From a virus, in IMG/VR virus record IMGVR_UViG_3300035670_000027: a stretch of DNA of 64,000 bases. One strand, given 5' to 3'. Of the stretch, positions 56,598 to 64,000 are shown in pieces. The position numbers and the translations under genes were made by a program. Numbering within the stretch: position 1 is the first letter of the stretch; every line of letters starts with the position of its first letter. Under the pieces are notes generated by a model. It had not been told where the DNA came from. It worked only from the letters and a program-made list of their open reading frames with translations, and made no database searches.

Positions 56598-57228
56598 CTT
56601 TGTCTTCCTCTTTCCAATATCCATCACCATCGGGATAATGAGAATCAAGTATCTCTCGGTCCTCTTCAAACTCTTCTTCGTCTTCATTGTCCCATTCAGC
56701 CTGCTCTTCAAGCATATCACGAATGTTCCAATTCTCAATCAAATCATCAGGAATCTCATTCAATGAATTTAGATCACTATACTCATACGATTCGTCTTCA
56801 CCATCAGCAAAGCGACCAACGAAACACATACCTTCTTCATGATACTCTGCATCTACTGCAAAGTCGGTATCTCTGTAGATATGCGAATACAATTCGGTTG
56901 GCGGACCCCATGGAGAATCAAACCAGAATGTAATTTCATTGTCTTTTCGATTCCAGTCTTGTGCATCACAGTTCCATTTGCAACCCCAATTGTTTACTGA
57001 CCATGTGTACCAATCAGAGGCGCCATATTTTTCAAGGAGTTGTTTCTCTCTATCATCAGGAGGTTCAGCAGAAAATCCTACAGGACCACCATCTTTCAAT
57101 TCTTGTGGGCATGGTAGAAAGAAGTCAAACCAGTCTTTACCATTCTTCTCATTCAAGAATTTTTCAAACTTAGTAATGTCTTCGGCAGAGCCGGCGAGTG
57201 TAATTGAGTTCGAACACCAGTTAGGCAT
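56578..57228 (-). CDS. DUF1281/YubB ferredoxin-like protein
   Basis: MPNWCSN, WYTWSVNNWGCKW, FDSPWGPP, EEGMCFVG. Confidence 0.8.
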   Translation of the reverse strand: MPNWCSNSITLAGSAEDITKFEKFLNEKNGKDWFDFFLPCPQELKDGGPVGFSAEPPDDREKQLLEKYGASDWYTWSVNNWGCKWNCDAQDWNRKDNEITFWFDSPWGPPTELYSHIYRDTDFAVDAEYHEEGMCFVGRFADGEDESYEYSDLNSLNEIPDDLIENWNIRDMLEEQAEWDNEDEEEFEEDREILDSHYPDGDGYWKEEDKDGKTNS

Positions 57229-57230
57229 AA

Positions 57231-57845
57231 TTATTCTCCATTCATTGCTTTGATTTCTTCAACCTTCTGCGCTTCAATCTGATTGACTTCTCTATCTAGT
57301 TCTTGAAAAGCCTTAGATGCTTTGAATTGTGCTTGCAATCGTTGATTCTTTCGAATCTCAGCCATCAGCAATTTATTCGATTCATCTGTACTGTAACGCA
57401 ATTTCACAAAACTTCGATAGCCGCTTGCTTCATGTACGACTTTGAAGTTCACCCTTTGAACACCGATCAAATTCACTCTGGTCACAATCAATTTAGTAGT
57501 TCGATCAATGTCTGCATTGACAACATCGCTTGCACCTGATTCAAATGCAAAGTCTTTCATCATCATTGAAACATATGACGAAAAGTTTGCGGCAAGTTCA
57601 CGCTTTGCAGATAGCATTGCTTTGTCTACAGAAAATTGAAAGTTCTTTGAGTACTCAGAACCAACTGCGTAGATGCCTTCTTTATCTTTGTCTGGACCTT
57701 TTGTGTACCAGTCAGGATAATTCACTTCGTTAGAAAAGGTCCTAGAATTCTCAGCGGTGACGCCTTCGTTCTTAGGCACGGAACTACACGCCGACAGAGA
57801 AATGATCACTGGCAGTAACGCATAGCAAAGTAATTGTGCGTTCAT
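57231..57845 (-). CDS. LPP20-like lipoprotein
   Basis: Lipobox LSAC; PDWY, DKAMLSAKRELA, SKAFQELD. Confidence 0.7.
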   Translation of the reverse strand: MNAQLLCYALLPVIISLSACSSVPKNEGVTAENSRTFSNEVNYPDWYTKGPDKDKEGIYAVGSEYSKNFQFSVDKAMLSAKRELAANFSSYVSMMMKDFAFESGASDVVNADIDRTTKLIVTRVNLIGVQRVNFKVVHEASGYRSFVKLRYSTDESNKLLMAEIRKNQRLQAQFKASKAFQELDREVNQIEAQKVEEIKAMNGE

Positions 57846-57846
57846 T

Positions 57847-57975
57847 TTATTTTCCCACATTTTTGATGTAATTTCCTGCTTTACTTAAATCTTCACCAGC
57901 GCCACTTACTGCGCCACCAAGGGTACCACAACCAACTAACGACAAACTCAAAAGGACTGCCATAATGTATTTCAT
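57847..57975 (-). CDS. Entericidin-like small lipoprotein (42 aa, not in ORF track)
   Basis: MKYIMAVLLSLSLVGC GTLGGAVSGAGEDLSKAG...; lipobox LVGC and GxGEDxxxAG motif. Confidence 0.7.
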   Translation of the reverse strand: MKYIMAVLLSLSLVGCGTLGGAVSGAGEDLSKAGNYIKNVGK

Positions 57976-57977
57976 TC

Positions 57978-58694
57978 TCACCTCACTATGTTAATTTGAT
58001 GATTCACAAGTTTACGCCTGGTAAAATCTAAAGTCTTTACCATATGCTCAAACTCAATTTTACTGTACCGTGGCTTAAATGTCAACTCATCCTTGGTAAA
58101 CAAGAAGACAAGCAACTCATTAGACTGATACAGATTCGGCTCTACGAATGCTTCAAATTTGCCAATGGCAGGTATTCGTATTTCACGATTCAACTCTACC
58201 ACTTTATTTTCATTTACCAAAACATAGGTGTCTCTCTCAAAACTGAACACCGCATATCTGCCTTTCGCATTTGATACGGCAGTCATTGCAAACTTCTCGC
58301 CAGAACGGAACTTTGATTTGCCTTCGATAGAAAATTGAATCTTGTTTTCAACTTTGACAACATCAGCAACCAAAGTCACATTACAAACGGATGCACTTTT
58401 CTCTGGCGCAACTAGAACCTGTTTGTCTTTGATCTGTTTGATCTTGCCATATGTTTCGGAATAGAATGACCTGTATTGTGAACAATGGTCATCTTTGCAT
58501 ATTTCATTGGTTGTGTGTTCAATAAACTCACCAACAAAATTTGCTAACACATTTTCTTTTGCACGATCCTCTGCAATAGCACACGCCACATTCTCAGCGG
58601 TTTCAGGACCAAAACGATACTCACCCTCACCAGTCACAGTAGCCGCATTGGCTACGCTACACATAAAGGCGAGTGCAATTGCAGTTTTTTTCAT
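57978..58694 (-). CDS. Exported protein (N-terminus FlgT/LPP20-like)
   Basis: Signal peptide MKKTAIALAFMCSVANA; GEY.FGPETAEN.AC..AE..AK. Confidence 0.6.
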   Translation of the reverse strand: MKKTAIALAFMCSVANAATVTGEGEYRFGPETAENVACAIAEDRAKENVLANFVGEFIEHTTNEICKDDHCSQYRSFYSETYGKIKQIKDKQVLVAPEKSASVCNVTLVADVVKVENKIQFSIEGKSKFRSGEKFAMTAVSNAKGRYAVFSFERDTYVLVNENKVVELNREIRIPAIGKFEAFVEPNLYQSNELLVFLFTKDELTFKPRYSKIEFEHMVKTLDFTRRKLVNHQINIVR

Positions 58695-58981
58695 GATGCC
58701 AGTTCAAATCTCACTTGTTTGATAGAATCAAATCGAAATGATCGCCATTCGCTTTTATCCAAATCGAATACTGCCATCACTTCATCGTTTTTCTTGCGTT
58801 CAGTTTCAGTTTTCTTTTCGTATGCAGGTACCATACCTTCTTTGAGAGTGCATCGCATCTCACGCATACTGCCATCTTTCTTTTCAAAGGTAACATAGAC
58901 TTCACCATAAGTCAAGTGCCCATGCAACCATTTGCGAAATTTTGTTTTGTCTTTTGTGTCATATTCTGCGTAACCCATCAC
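58691..58981 (-). CDS. SH3/Sm-like beta-barrel (WYL_2-like) protein
   Basis: VTFEKKDGSMREMRCTL, VFDLDKSEWRSFRFDSI. Confidence 0.82.
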   Translation of the reverse strand: MMGYAEYDTKDKTKFRKWLHGHLTYGEVYVTFEKKDGSMREMRCTLKEGMVPAYEKKTETERKKNDEVMAVFDLDKSEWRSFRFDSIKQVRFELAS

Positions 58982-59160
58982 ATAACTCCTTCTTCAATTT
59001 GTTTTTGATATAACGCTTTCAAGTCAAGATATGCTTTCACCACTTCATCTGGTACTTCACCAATGTTGTCTTGAACCGCCCTAGCCAATGCCCTAGACAA
59101 TTTCACTTCTTGGTGCGTTAGAACATTGTGTACTTCAAAGTCAAAATTTCTCTTCATCAT
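58978..59160 (-). CDS. Hypothetical protein
   Basis: DFEVH...EVKLSRALA; start shortened to avoid overlap. Confidence 0.55.
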   Translation of the reverse strand: MMKRNFDFEVHNVLTHQEVKLSRALARAVQDNIGEVPDEVVKAYLDLKALYQKQIEEGVM

Positions 59161-59689
59161 CTGCCCATACTCCTGTTTTGTTCCGATACTCTGCCGCTTG
59201 TTCACCATATCGTTCATCGGCATGTTTCTCGCAAAGGGTTTGATGCCAGCCGATTGGATAAGTTTCTCCTGATGCACCACACTCTTCACATACTTTGGAA
59301 CTCATAAGTTCCGCAAACTCAATATAATTATAATGCCTATCGGTGGCACCACTAACATAGAATCGTAGAGTGCCAAACTTTTCTTTCACTTGGTCGGCAA
59401 CTGGACATGGTGTTTCTTCCAGTTTCTTTACTGCTTTATCAATGTCTTCTTGAGTGCCTACTCTATCACTCCATACAGTTTTGCCAAGATGTTCTGTCCA
59501 AAACTTTACATCTTTTTTTGCATTTTGATATTGTGAGGTCAATGCAAAAGATAGTGCATCTATGATTTCATACCAACCATCACCACAATCAAAACCCCAA
59601 CACATGCAGGTTTGAGTCATTGGTGCGAATCGGTTACGATACAGTTCTGGATATTTTGCTACCAGTTTGGCATCAAGTTCTTCTCTCAT
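59141..59689 (-). CDS. Conserved hypothetical phage protein
   Basis: WGFDCGDGWYEII, QVKEKFGTLRFY, CEECG...TLC..H. Confidence 0.78.
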   Translation of the reverse strand: MREELDAKLVAKYPELYRNRFAPMTQTCMCWGFDCGDGWYEIIDALSFALTSQYQNAKKDVKFWTEHLGKTVWSDRVGTQEDIDKAVKKLEETPCPVADQVKEKFGTLRFYVSGATDRHYNYIEFAELMSSKVCEECGASGETYPIGWHQTLCEKHADERYGEQAAEYRNKTGVWADDEEKF

Positions 59690-59843
59690 TTTCTTTCCTT
59701 AGTCTTTCAATTTCATCTGCGGCTTCTTCAAGAATGTCAGCAACACGGTCGGGTTTTCCTTCCTGTACTGATTTGCGAGTGGGTATCTGCCTACGAATTT
59801 CTGCTCGTTTGCGTAGTCGATACACTATGTCTTCTTCATTCAT
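59673..59843 (-). CDS. Small phage protein (56 aa, not in ORF track)
   Basis: DIVYRLRKRAEIRRQIPTRKSVQEGKPDRVADILEEAADEIERLR. Confidence 0.7.
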   Translation of the reverse strand: MNEEDIVYRLRKRAEIRRQIPTRKSVQEGKPDRVADILEEAADEIERLRKENERRT

Positions 59844-60126
59844 CTTTTAATTCATCAAGTTTTTTAAAAAATTCTGCCAGTTCTTTTTCATACTCTTCTT
59901 TATCTTTTGGGTCATAGTCTTCGATAAAGTAGCCAATGTACTTCATTGCTTCTTCCGCTTCTTCTTCGGTACACTCATACACCATTATAATATCTTCTTT
60001 GGTGATTGTCAATGCATCCTCGTATGGAATGTCAATGGTGTGTTCCATATCATACCATAACGATAGACAACCATTGACATTGTAGAATGCATACCAAGAA
60101 GAATTTGACCATCTAGCGTAACTCAT
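59836..60126 (-). CDS. Hypothetical protein
   Basis: MSYARWSNSSWYAFY; coupled ORF. Confidence 0.65.
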   Translation of the reverse strand: MSYARWSNSSWYAFYNVNGCLSLWYDMEHTIDIPYEDALTITKEDIIMVYECTEEEAEEAMKYIGYFIEDYDPKDKEEYEKELAEFFKKLDELKDE

Positions 60127-60560
60127 TATTCAACTCCGAAATGGTTTCGTATTGCGTTACCGACAAAATCGGAACCTATAACAGTTTTATTAGCAACTTC
60201 AACACACTCACGAACAATCAACTCGGCGAACCGTTCCATGGTTTCTGGTAAATTCTGAACATCATCATATTCAGTTTCAAAAAATGCCTGTTCGGCAAGT
60301 TCTCTAATTCGTTTGTTCATTCTTTCTTTCATCCCAAAGCGTTTCTCTACTGCTTCCATTGATTTATACCAAGTAGGATTATTAGATTGGTCATCACCAA
60401 ATTTGTCCATCTGTTCACCCATCTCATTTAGTGTTTCACGAACAATTAACTTGGCAAACTTTTCCAAACTTTCAGATAAGACAAGTTGTGGTTCTCCGGG
60501 ATTCACTATTTTACTAAATGCAAAACATTGTTCAGCAAGTTCTTGGATTCGCTCGTTCAT
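60126..60560 (-). CDS. Hypothetical protein with two tandem MNERIxELAEQ...FAELIVREC units
   Basis: Internal duplication. Confidence 0.7.
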   Translation of the reverse strand: MNERIQELAEQCFAFSKIVNPGEPQLVLSESLEKFAKLIVRETLNEMGEQMDKFGDDQSNNPTWYKSMEAVEKRFGMKERMNKRIRELAEQAFFETEYDDVQNLPETMERFAELIVRECVEVANKTVIGSDFVGNAIRNHFGVE

Positions 60561-60745
60561 CTTTTAACTCCGAAATGTCTTAAGATACATTCATCAGGTT
60601 CATGGTCTTCTCGTAGAGCAACATCAGCACATTCTCGCACGATCAACTCAGCGAACTTTTCTTTATCAAAATATGTACCGTCAATCTGAGGATGCCCTTG
60701 ACATATTGTGGACTCTGCAATAAACCTTTCTATGAGTTTGTTCAC
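60557..60745 (-). CDS. Hypothetical protein, third FAELIVREC paralog
   Basis: EKFAELIVRECA...HFGV. Confidence 0.65.
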   Translation of the reverse strand: MNKLIERFIAESTICQGHPQIDGTYFDKEKFAELIVRECADVALREDHEPDECILRHFGVKR

Positions 60746-61122
60746 GAAAAATTCCTAGCACAAAATGCATAGCCATCTTCATCATCCCAATCGTATTCGG
60801 GATTAAACCACGGCCGTGGTTCAATTTTTCCTTGTTCGTTATGTTGAAGATTCACATGCCCATCTTTACGCACATAACCAGGCGCTTTGTATGTTTCAAT
60901 CATATGGACAAACCAATCGTAATCTTTTCGTTCGCCATACTCATCCATAATCACTTTGTCTTTGAGAAATTCTTTCCATGCTCTCCAAGACACCAATCGC
61001 TCTGCACGATAGCCTTGAAATGAGAATGCCCAACCGTATGAAGATTTACCGATGTGGTATTCTTCATCATAACGGTTGCAACATTCGCACCGATTCTTTG
61101 CTACATAATAGTTAGTTCCCAT
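60742..61122 (-). CDS. Conserved hypothetical phage protein
   Basis: MGTNYY, HIGKSSYGW.F.F, IMDEYGE. Confidence 0.75.
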   Translation of the reverse strand: MGTNYYVAKNRCECCNRYDEEYHIGKSSYGWAFSFQGYRAERLVSWRAWKEFLKDKVIMDEYGERKDYDWFVHMIETYKAPGYVRKDGHVNLQHNEQGKIEPRPWFNPEYDWDDEDGYAFCARNFS

Positions 61123-61333
61123 GTCCGAAATCTTTCAAAACAAAATTAATTGCTTGAATCATTGCACGATTATGTACCTCATCATCTTCATGTAACCATC
61201 CTTCACCAGTCGCCGCTTTGTCCAAAGCCTCTTGCATGTTATCACGATACTTCGCTAGATTCAATGCAGTAATTCGGTCAGCGGTATCCCAATCAATTGT
61301 CATACCAGTAAGTGTAATATCGGTTGTAATCAT
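61112..61333 (-). CDS. Hypothetical protein
   Basis: TADRIT..L, WLHEDD; coupled ORF. Confidence 0.65.
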   Translation of the reverse strand: MITTDITLTGMTIDWDTADRITALNLAKYRDNMQEALDKAATGEGWLHEDDEVHNRAMIQAINFVLKDFGHGN

Positions 61334-61824
61334 AAAAGTTCCTTCAGTCGGTTCATTGTTTCATTTACATCTTTATGAAGAATGCCGATACCACCTGCTT
61401 CATTGAATGCATCAATTACATCTAGAGTATCATCAATCAGCACATTACCTTTCATTGCAAAGAATTTTTTCACTCTGCGACCAGGCACGATATTTGTTGG
61501 ATAGAAAATCCTAGCATTGGTGAGCCAGATTGTTTTCTGCTCTCTCACTTCGCTATGATTACGAATGCCACCAGAGGATGATAGAATCTCAAGCGGTACA
61601 TTCAAAGATTCAACAAATGAGATAAGTGCCATGCCGCCAGGAAACCAATCTAGCGTTTCGAATTGGCGAGTTTCAATAAAGTGTTTCCAGTTTTTAGAAA
61701 ACTCTTTTTTGTCACGCTCGTTTTCTGATCCTTCACCACCAGCATTATAATGAAACAATTCATGATAACGCTTGTGAAAATCGCAAAGCACGCCATCCAT
61801 ATCAAGGTAAATTCGATTAATCAT
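61330..61824 (-). CDS. HAD-family 5'(3')-deoxyribonucleotidase-like protein
   Basis: IYLDMDGVLCDF, ILSS, K..W, LIDDT, AGGIGILH. Confidence 0.82.
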   Translation of the reverse strand: MINRIYLDMDGVLCDFHKRYHELFHYNAGGEGSENERDKKEFSKNWKHFIETRQFETLDWFPGGMALISFVESLNVPLEILSSSGGIRNHSEVREQKTIWLTNARIFYPTNIVPGRRVKKFFAMKGNVLIDDTLDVIDAFNEAGGIGILHKDVNETMNRLKELL

Positions 61825-61981
61825 ACATTCGATCTATTAGGGCATTCAATACATTTTCAACTGCGACAGGTTCAAAGTCTGTTCTGGCACAGACATAATC
61901 AATTACATCTGCGCCAGTCAGATCAGCACTCCACGCTTCGAATATGTACCGTTCGATTGTTCCAACGGTACTATCAGACAT
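61817..61981 (-). CDS. Small hypothetical protein (54 aa, not in ORF track)
   Basis: MSDSTVGTIERYIFEAWS...; fills the gap between two genes. Confidence 0.5.
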   Translation of the reverse strand: MSDSTVGTIERYIFEAWSADLTGADVIDYVCARTDFEPVAVENVLNALIDRMYD

Positions 61982-61982
61982 A

Positions 61983-62399
61983 TCACACGCTACCTTTCAC
62001 ATAACTTGAAGCAAACTCACGGTCTTCAAAGTCAACAATGTCGGTGTCCATCTCATCTAGAACATCAACAATCTTGTCATTGGAAACTGCTACTGAAGCA
62101 ACAGGTGCGGCAACTGCTTTTGCCTTGGTTGCTTTCGGTGCTTTTGCTTTTGCAACTTTAGTGGTTGCAGGTTTTGCGACAGGTGCAGAGCCAGAACCAA
62201 TGAGTTCATAACTCACAACGGTACGACCATCACGGTTAGACTTCACCGCAAAGCCGGTATTCTTTTTGATCTCCCACAGATAAGTGGAAAGTCGAGAGGC
62301 AACAATTCCTGGAATTGCTCTCACTTCAGAAACAGTCACAGGACCTTTAGCCGCTTGCAATGCTTCGAACACCTTAACATACTGTAGATTTTTAGCCAT
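61983..62399 (-). CDS. Putative winged-HTH DNA-binding protein with Ala/Lys/Pro linker and acidic tail
   Basis: RLSTYLWEIKK, RDGRTVVSYEL, AKAKAPKATKAKA; AGGAG SD and own promoter. Confidence 0.6.
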   Translation of the reverse strand: MAKNLQYVKVFEALQAAKGPVTVSEVRAIPGIVASRLSTYLWEIKKNTGFAVKSNRDGRTVVSYELIGSGSAPVAKPATTKVAKAKAPKATKAKAVAAPVASVAVSNDKIVDVLDEMDTDIVDFEDREFASSYVKGSV

Positions 62400-62444
62400 C
62401 AAAGTTCTCCTAAAAGATAAGTTAAATTCACAAACAACACCAAT

Positions 62445-62473
62445 ACTATATCACAGAAAAGATGCCATGTCAA
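62445..62473 (-). promoter_or_regulatory. Sigma70 early promoter
   Basis: TTGACA-N17-TATAGT with extended -10 TG. Confidence 0.8.
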
Positions 62474-62705
62474 GTTTTTGCATCTTTATTTCCCCCTTTA
62501 CTACCTTAGGGAAGTACTGCGGAGTACTGGTTTCACCACGGGCATCAACCTCCAACAGTTTGCCGAGTACGATCCACTCGTCAACTTTCATCTTTGGTTC
62601 AACACCAGTCACTTCGTTCAAATATTCACATGCCTTAAACATGGATTCGAACATCATTGAATCTTGCAGATTTGCCACATTAGGTTTCGCAAGAAAAGTA
62701 GTCAT
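62451..62705 (-). CDS. Hypothetical protein
   Basis: Coupled ORF with GGAGG SD. Confidence 0.6.
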   Translation of the reverse strand: MTTFLAKPNVANLQDSMMFESMFKACEYLNEVTGVEPKMKVDEWIVLGKLLEVDARGETSTPQYFPKVVKGEIKMQKLDMASFL

Positions 62706-62869
62706 TACAGAGTTCCTCCATTCATTGCCTTAACACCAGAATACATTATACCAAGACCGATCACGGAAAGCAATAGCCCTTCGGTAAATGTTGCAGAGCC
62801 AGCATCCATACCGCCAACTGCACCGAACACTAACAAAAAACCAACCACAGTTCGAATAGAACCTTTCAT
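62705..62869 (-). CDS. Small two-helix membrane protein
   Basis: IRTVVGFLLVFGAVGGMD...GLGIMYSG. Confidence 0.7.
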   Translation of the reverse strand: MKGSIRTVVGFLLVFGAVGGMDAGSATFTEGLLLSVIGLGIMYSGVKAMNGGTL

Positions 62870-63051
62870 TACTTTATCTCCCAATACCAAGGACCAGTTT
62901 CATCATCATAAGAGGAATAATTGTATTGTTCCATGAGAAACATCATTTCCTCTTCCTCAAGAAAGTCGGCATACTCGCCAACTCGCCGCCCTGCTTCTTC
63001 AGAGGCAATCTCGGCACACAATTCATTCACTTCATCAATTGTCATAGCCAC
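62869..63051 (-). CDS. Small acidic hypothetical protein
   Basis: GAGG SD, acidic composition, SYDD motif. Confidence 0.55.
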   Translation of the reverse strand: MAMTIDEVNELCAEIASEEAGRRVGEYADFLEEEEMMFLMEQYNYSSYDDETGPWYWEIK

Positions 63052-63052
63052 C

Positions 63053-63370
63053 TCAAAAAGTATTCAGACTAGGAGCCAACTCAGCAATCAATTCACGCTC
63101 TCGCTGGTGGGCAGGTTTACGACCACGGACAACTTCAAGGACTTCATAACGCCATTCGCAATCATCAAGAACACGGAGAGCATTACAGAAATTCCAATTT
63201 TTGTCCTCACATCTCGCACGGCTAACATGTTTCTGCCAGCGAATCTTTACGGACTTGAGATACGCTTGACCGAGAGCCACCGTGAGACCGATATAGGTAT
63301 CGCCGGTATCGATACATGTAACCCGGTAGATCACATGATTTCGGTCGCTTCGTTTCTTTCTCATTACCAT
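63053..63370 (-). CDS. GIY-YIG nuclease-family protein (probably leaderless)
   Basis: RKKRSDRNHVIY...YIGLT, RWQKH, H.RERELI....LN; ATG lies 6 nt after the -10 box. Confidence 0.8.
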   Translation of the reverse strand: MVMRKKRSDRNHVIYRVTCIDTGDTYIGLTVALGQAYLKSVKIRWQKHVSRARCEDKNWNFCNALRVLDDCEWRYEVLEVVRGRKPAHQRERELIAELAPSLNTF

Positions 63371-63376
63371 ACTTAC

Positions 63377-63447
63377 AGTATAGCACAATGGGAGGGCAAG
63401 TCAAGGGCTTTTTCAACTTTTTTTTGTTGTGTTGCACAAAAACAACA
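63377..63447 (-). promoter_or_regulatory. Early sigma70 promoter with upstream 17-bp box
   Basis: Same architecture as 55819-55878: box, A-tract, TTGACT-N16-TATACT-GTAAGTAT. Confidence 0.8.
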
Positions 63448-63610
63448 CCTCGGAGGGCGGTTTTGGGCGCTTTTCGGCATGGGGGTGATGCTAGACTATA
63501 CTCCGACCCCAGGACCGTCCCAAAGCCGGTTTTAGGCGGCTTTTCGGATATTTCTGCCCTATACACTAGCACAGGCAAGGGCTTTCGGAGGGGTTTTTCA
63601 GCCATGTTAG

Positions 63611-63925
63611 TTAGTACTCACAAACAAACGCTTGGATCAGAAACCGCTTGGTTTCGTAGGCGGACTTAAACTTTTTGGAAGACTTCTTCCCATTGATACT
63701 CATTCTCACTTCGATTGATTTTGGCGCACGGACTAGCACGGCACCGAATTCTTTTCCTGAAGTGCCAAACGGAATCACATAAGCATCTCCTTTGTCGACC
63801 TTTCGCTTGGCGTATCCGGGTCCCATCCGAGTGGCTTTGATTTTATCAAGCCCCCCAAATCGGACCGTGTCTAAAATTTCACTCGCAATAGACTGCCGAG
63901 GACCCATACCTTCAAGAAACATCAT
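63611..63925 (-). CDS. Hypothetical basic protein
   Basis: Start moved to MMFLEG (AAGGA SD) overlapping the upstream stop. Confidence 0.65.
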   Translation of the reverse strand: MMFLEGMGPRQSIASEILDTVRFGGLDKIKATRMGPGYAKRKVDKGDAYVIPFGTSGKEFGAVLVRAPKSIEVRMSINGKKSSKKFKSAYETKRFLIQAFVCEY

Positions 63926-64000
63926 AAACTTTTCCTTTGTGCTTCGGATCACGGCGGCGCTTGTCGCCAACTACTCGCATACGGTACTTCGGTGTACGCA
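63912..64000 (-). CDS. C-terminus of a small basic protein (...RTPKYRMRVVGDKRRRDPKHKGKVYDVS)
   Basis: Open frame running in from the window edge; TPKYRMRVV motif seen in small phage proteins. Confidence 0.55.
   Translation of the reverse strand, partial: RTPKYRMRVVGDKRRRDPKHKGKVYDVS

Noticed and set aside
1-64000. Alternative genetic code, introns or inteins
   Set aside because: Core genes are full length in the standard code using TAA, TAG and TGA stops; no split genes or intein motifs recognised.

Overview
A 64-kb segment of a T4-like (Tevenvirinae/cyanomyovirus-type) myovirus genome, resembling uncultured aquatic T4-like phages. From left to right: neck genes (gp14 fragment, gp13); an AT-rich island of ten genes, seven intact and two degenerate 2OG-Fe(II) oxygenases plus one unknown; glycine-rich and tail-fibre proteins; a VrlC/DUF4815-like protein; baseplate genes (gp8, 7, 6, 25, 5, gp27-like, 53, 48); a plus-strand block (gp4, gp2, gp54/19-like, gp26, small gp51, 1526-aa tape measure); gp32, gp59, gp33 and a SleB hydrolase; an 11-gene nucleotide-sugar/glycan cluster plus a separate epimerase-reductase; a circularly permuted two-piece tmRNA behind a T4 late promoter; exonuclease, PhoH and DenV-like genes; and an early region of small ORFs with sigma70 promoters. 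The strongest unexplained signal is a complete -1 programmed ribosomal frameshift cassette (internal SD, two overlapping slippery heptamers, 3' hairpin) that would join gp26 to the small gp51 ORF directly upstream of the tape-measure gene. This is the lambda G/GT tail-chaperone arrangement, here in a T4-like phage. Other notable signals are the permuted tmRNA (tag ANDADFGEYRLAA), a near-consensus antisense sigma70 promoter aimed into gp5, a helically phased 17-bp box upstream of two early promoters, and a pseudoknot-like element. All assignments come from motif and synteny recognition by eye; no database searches were run.
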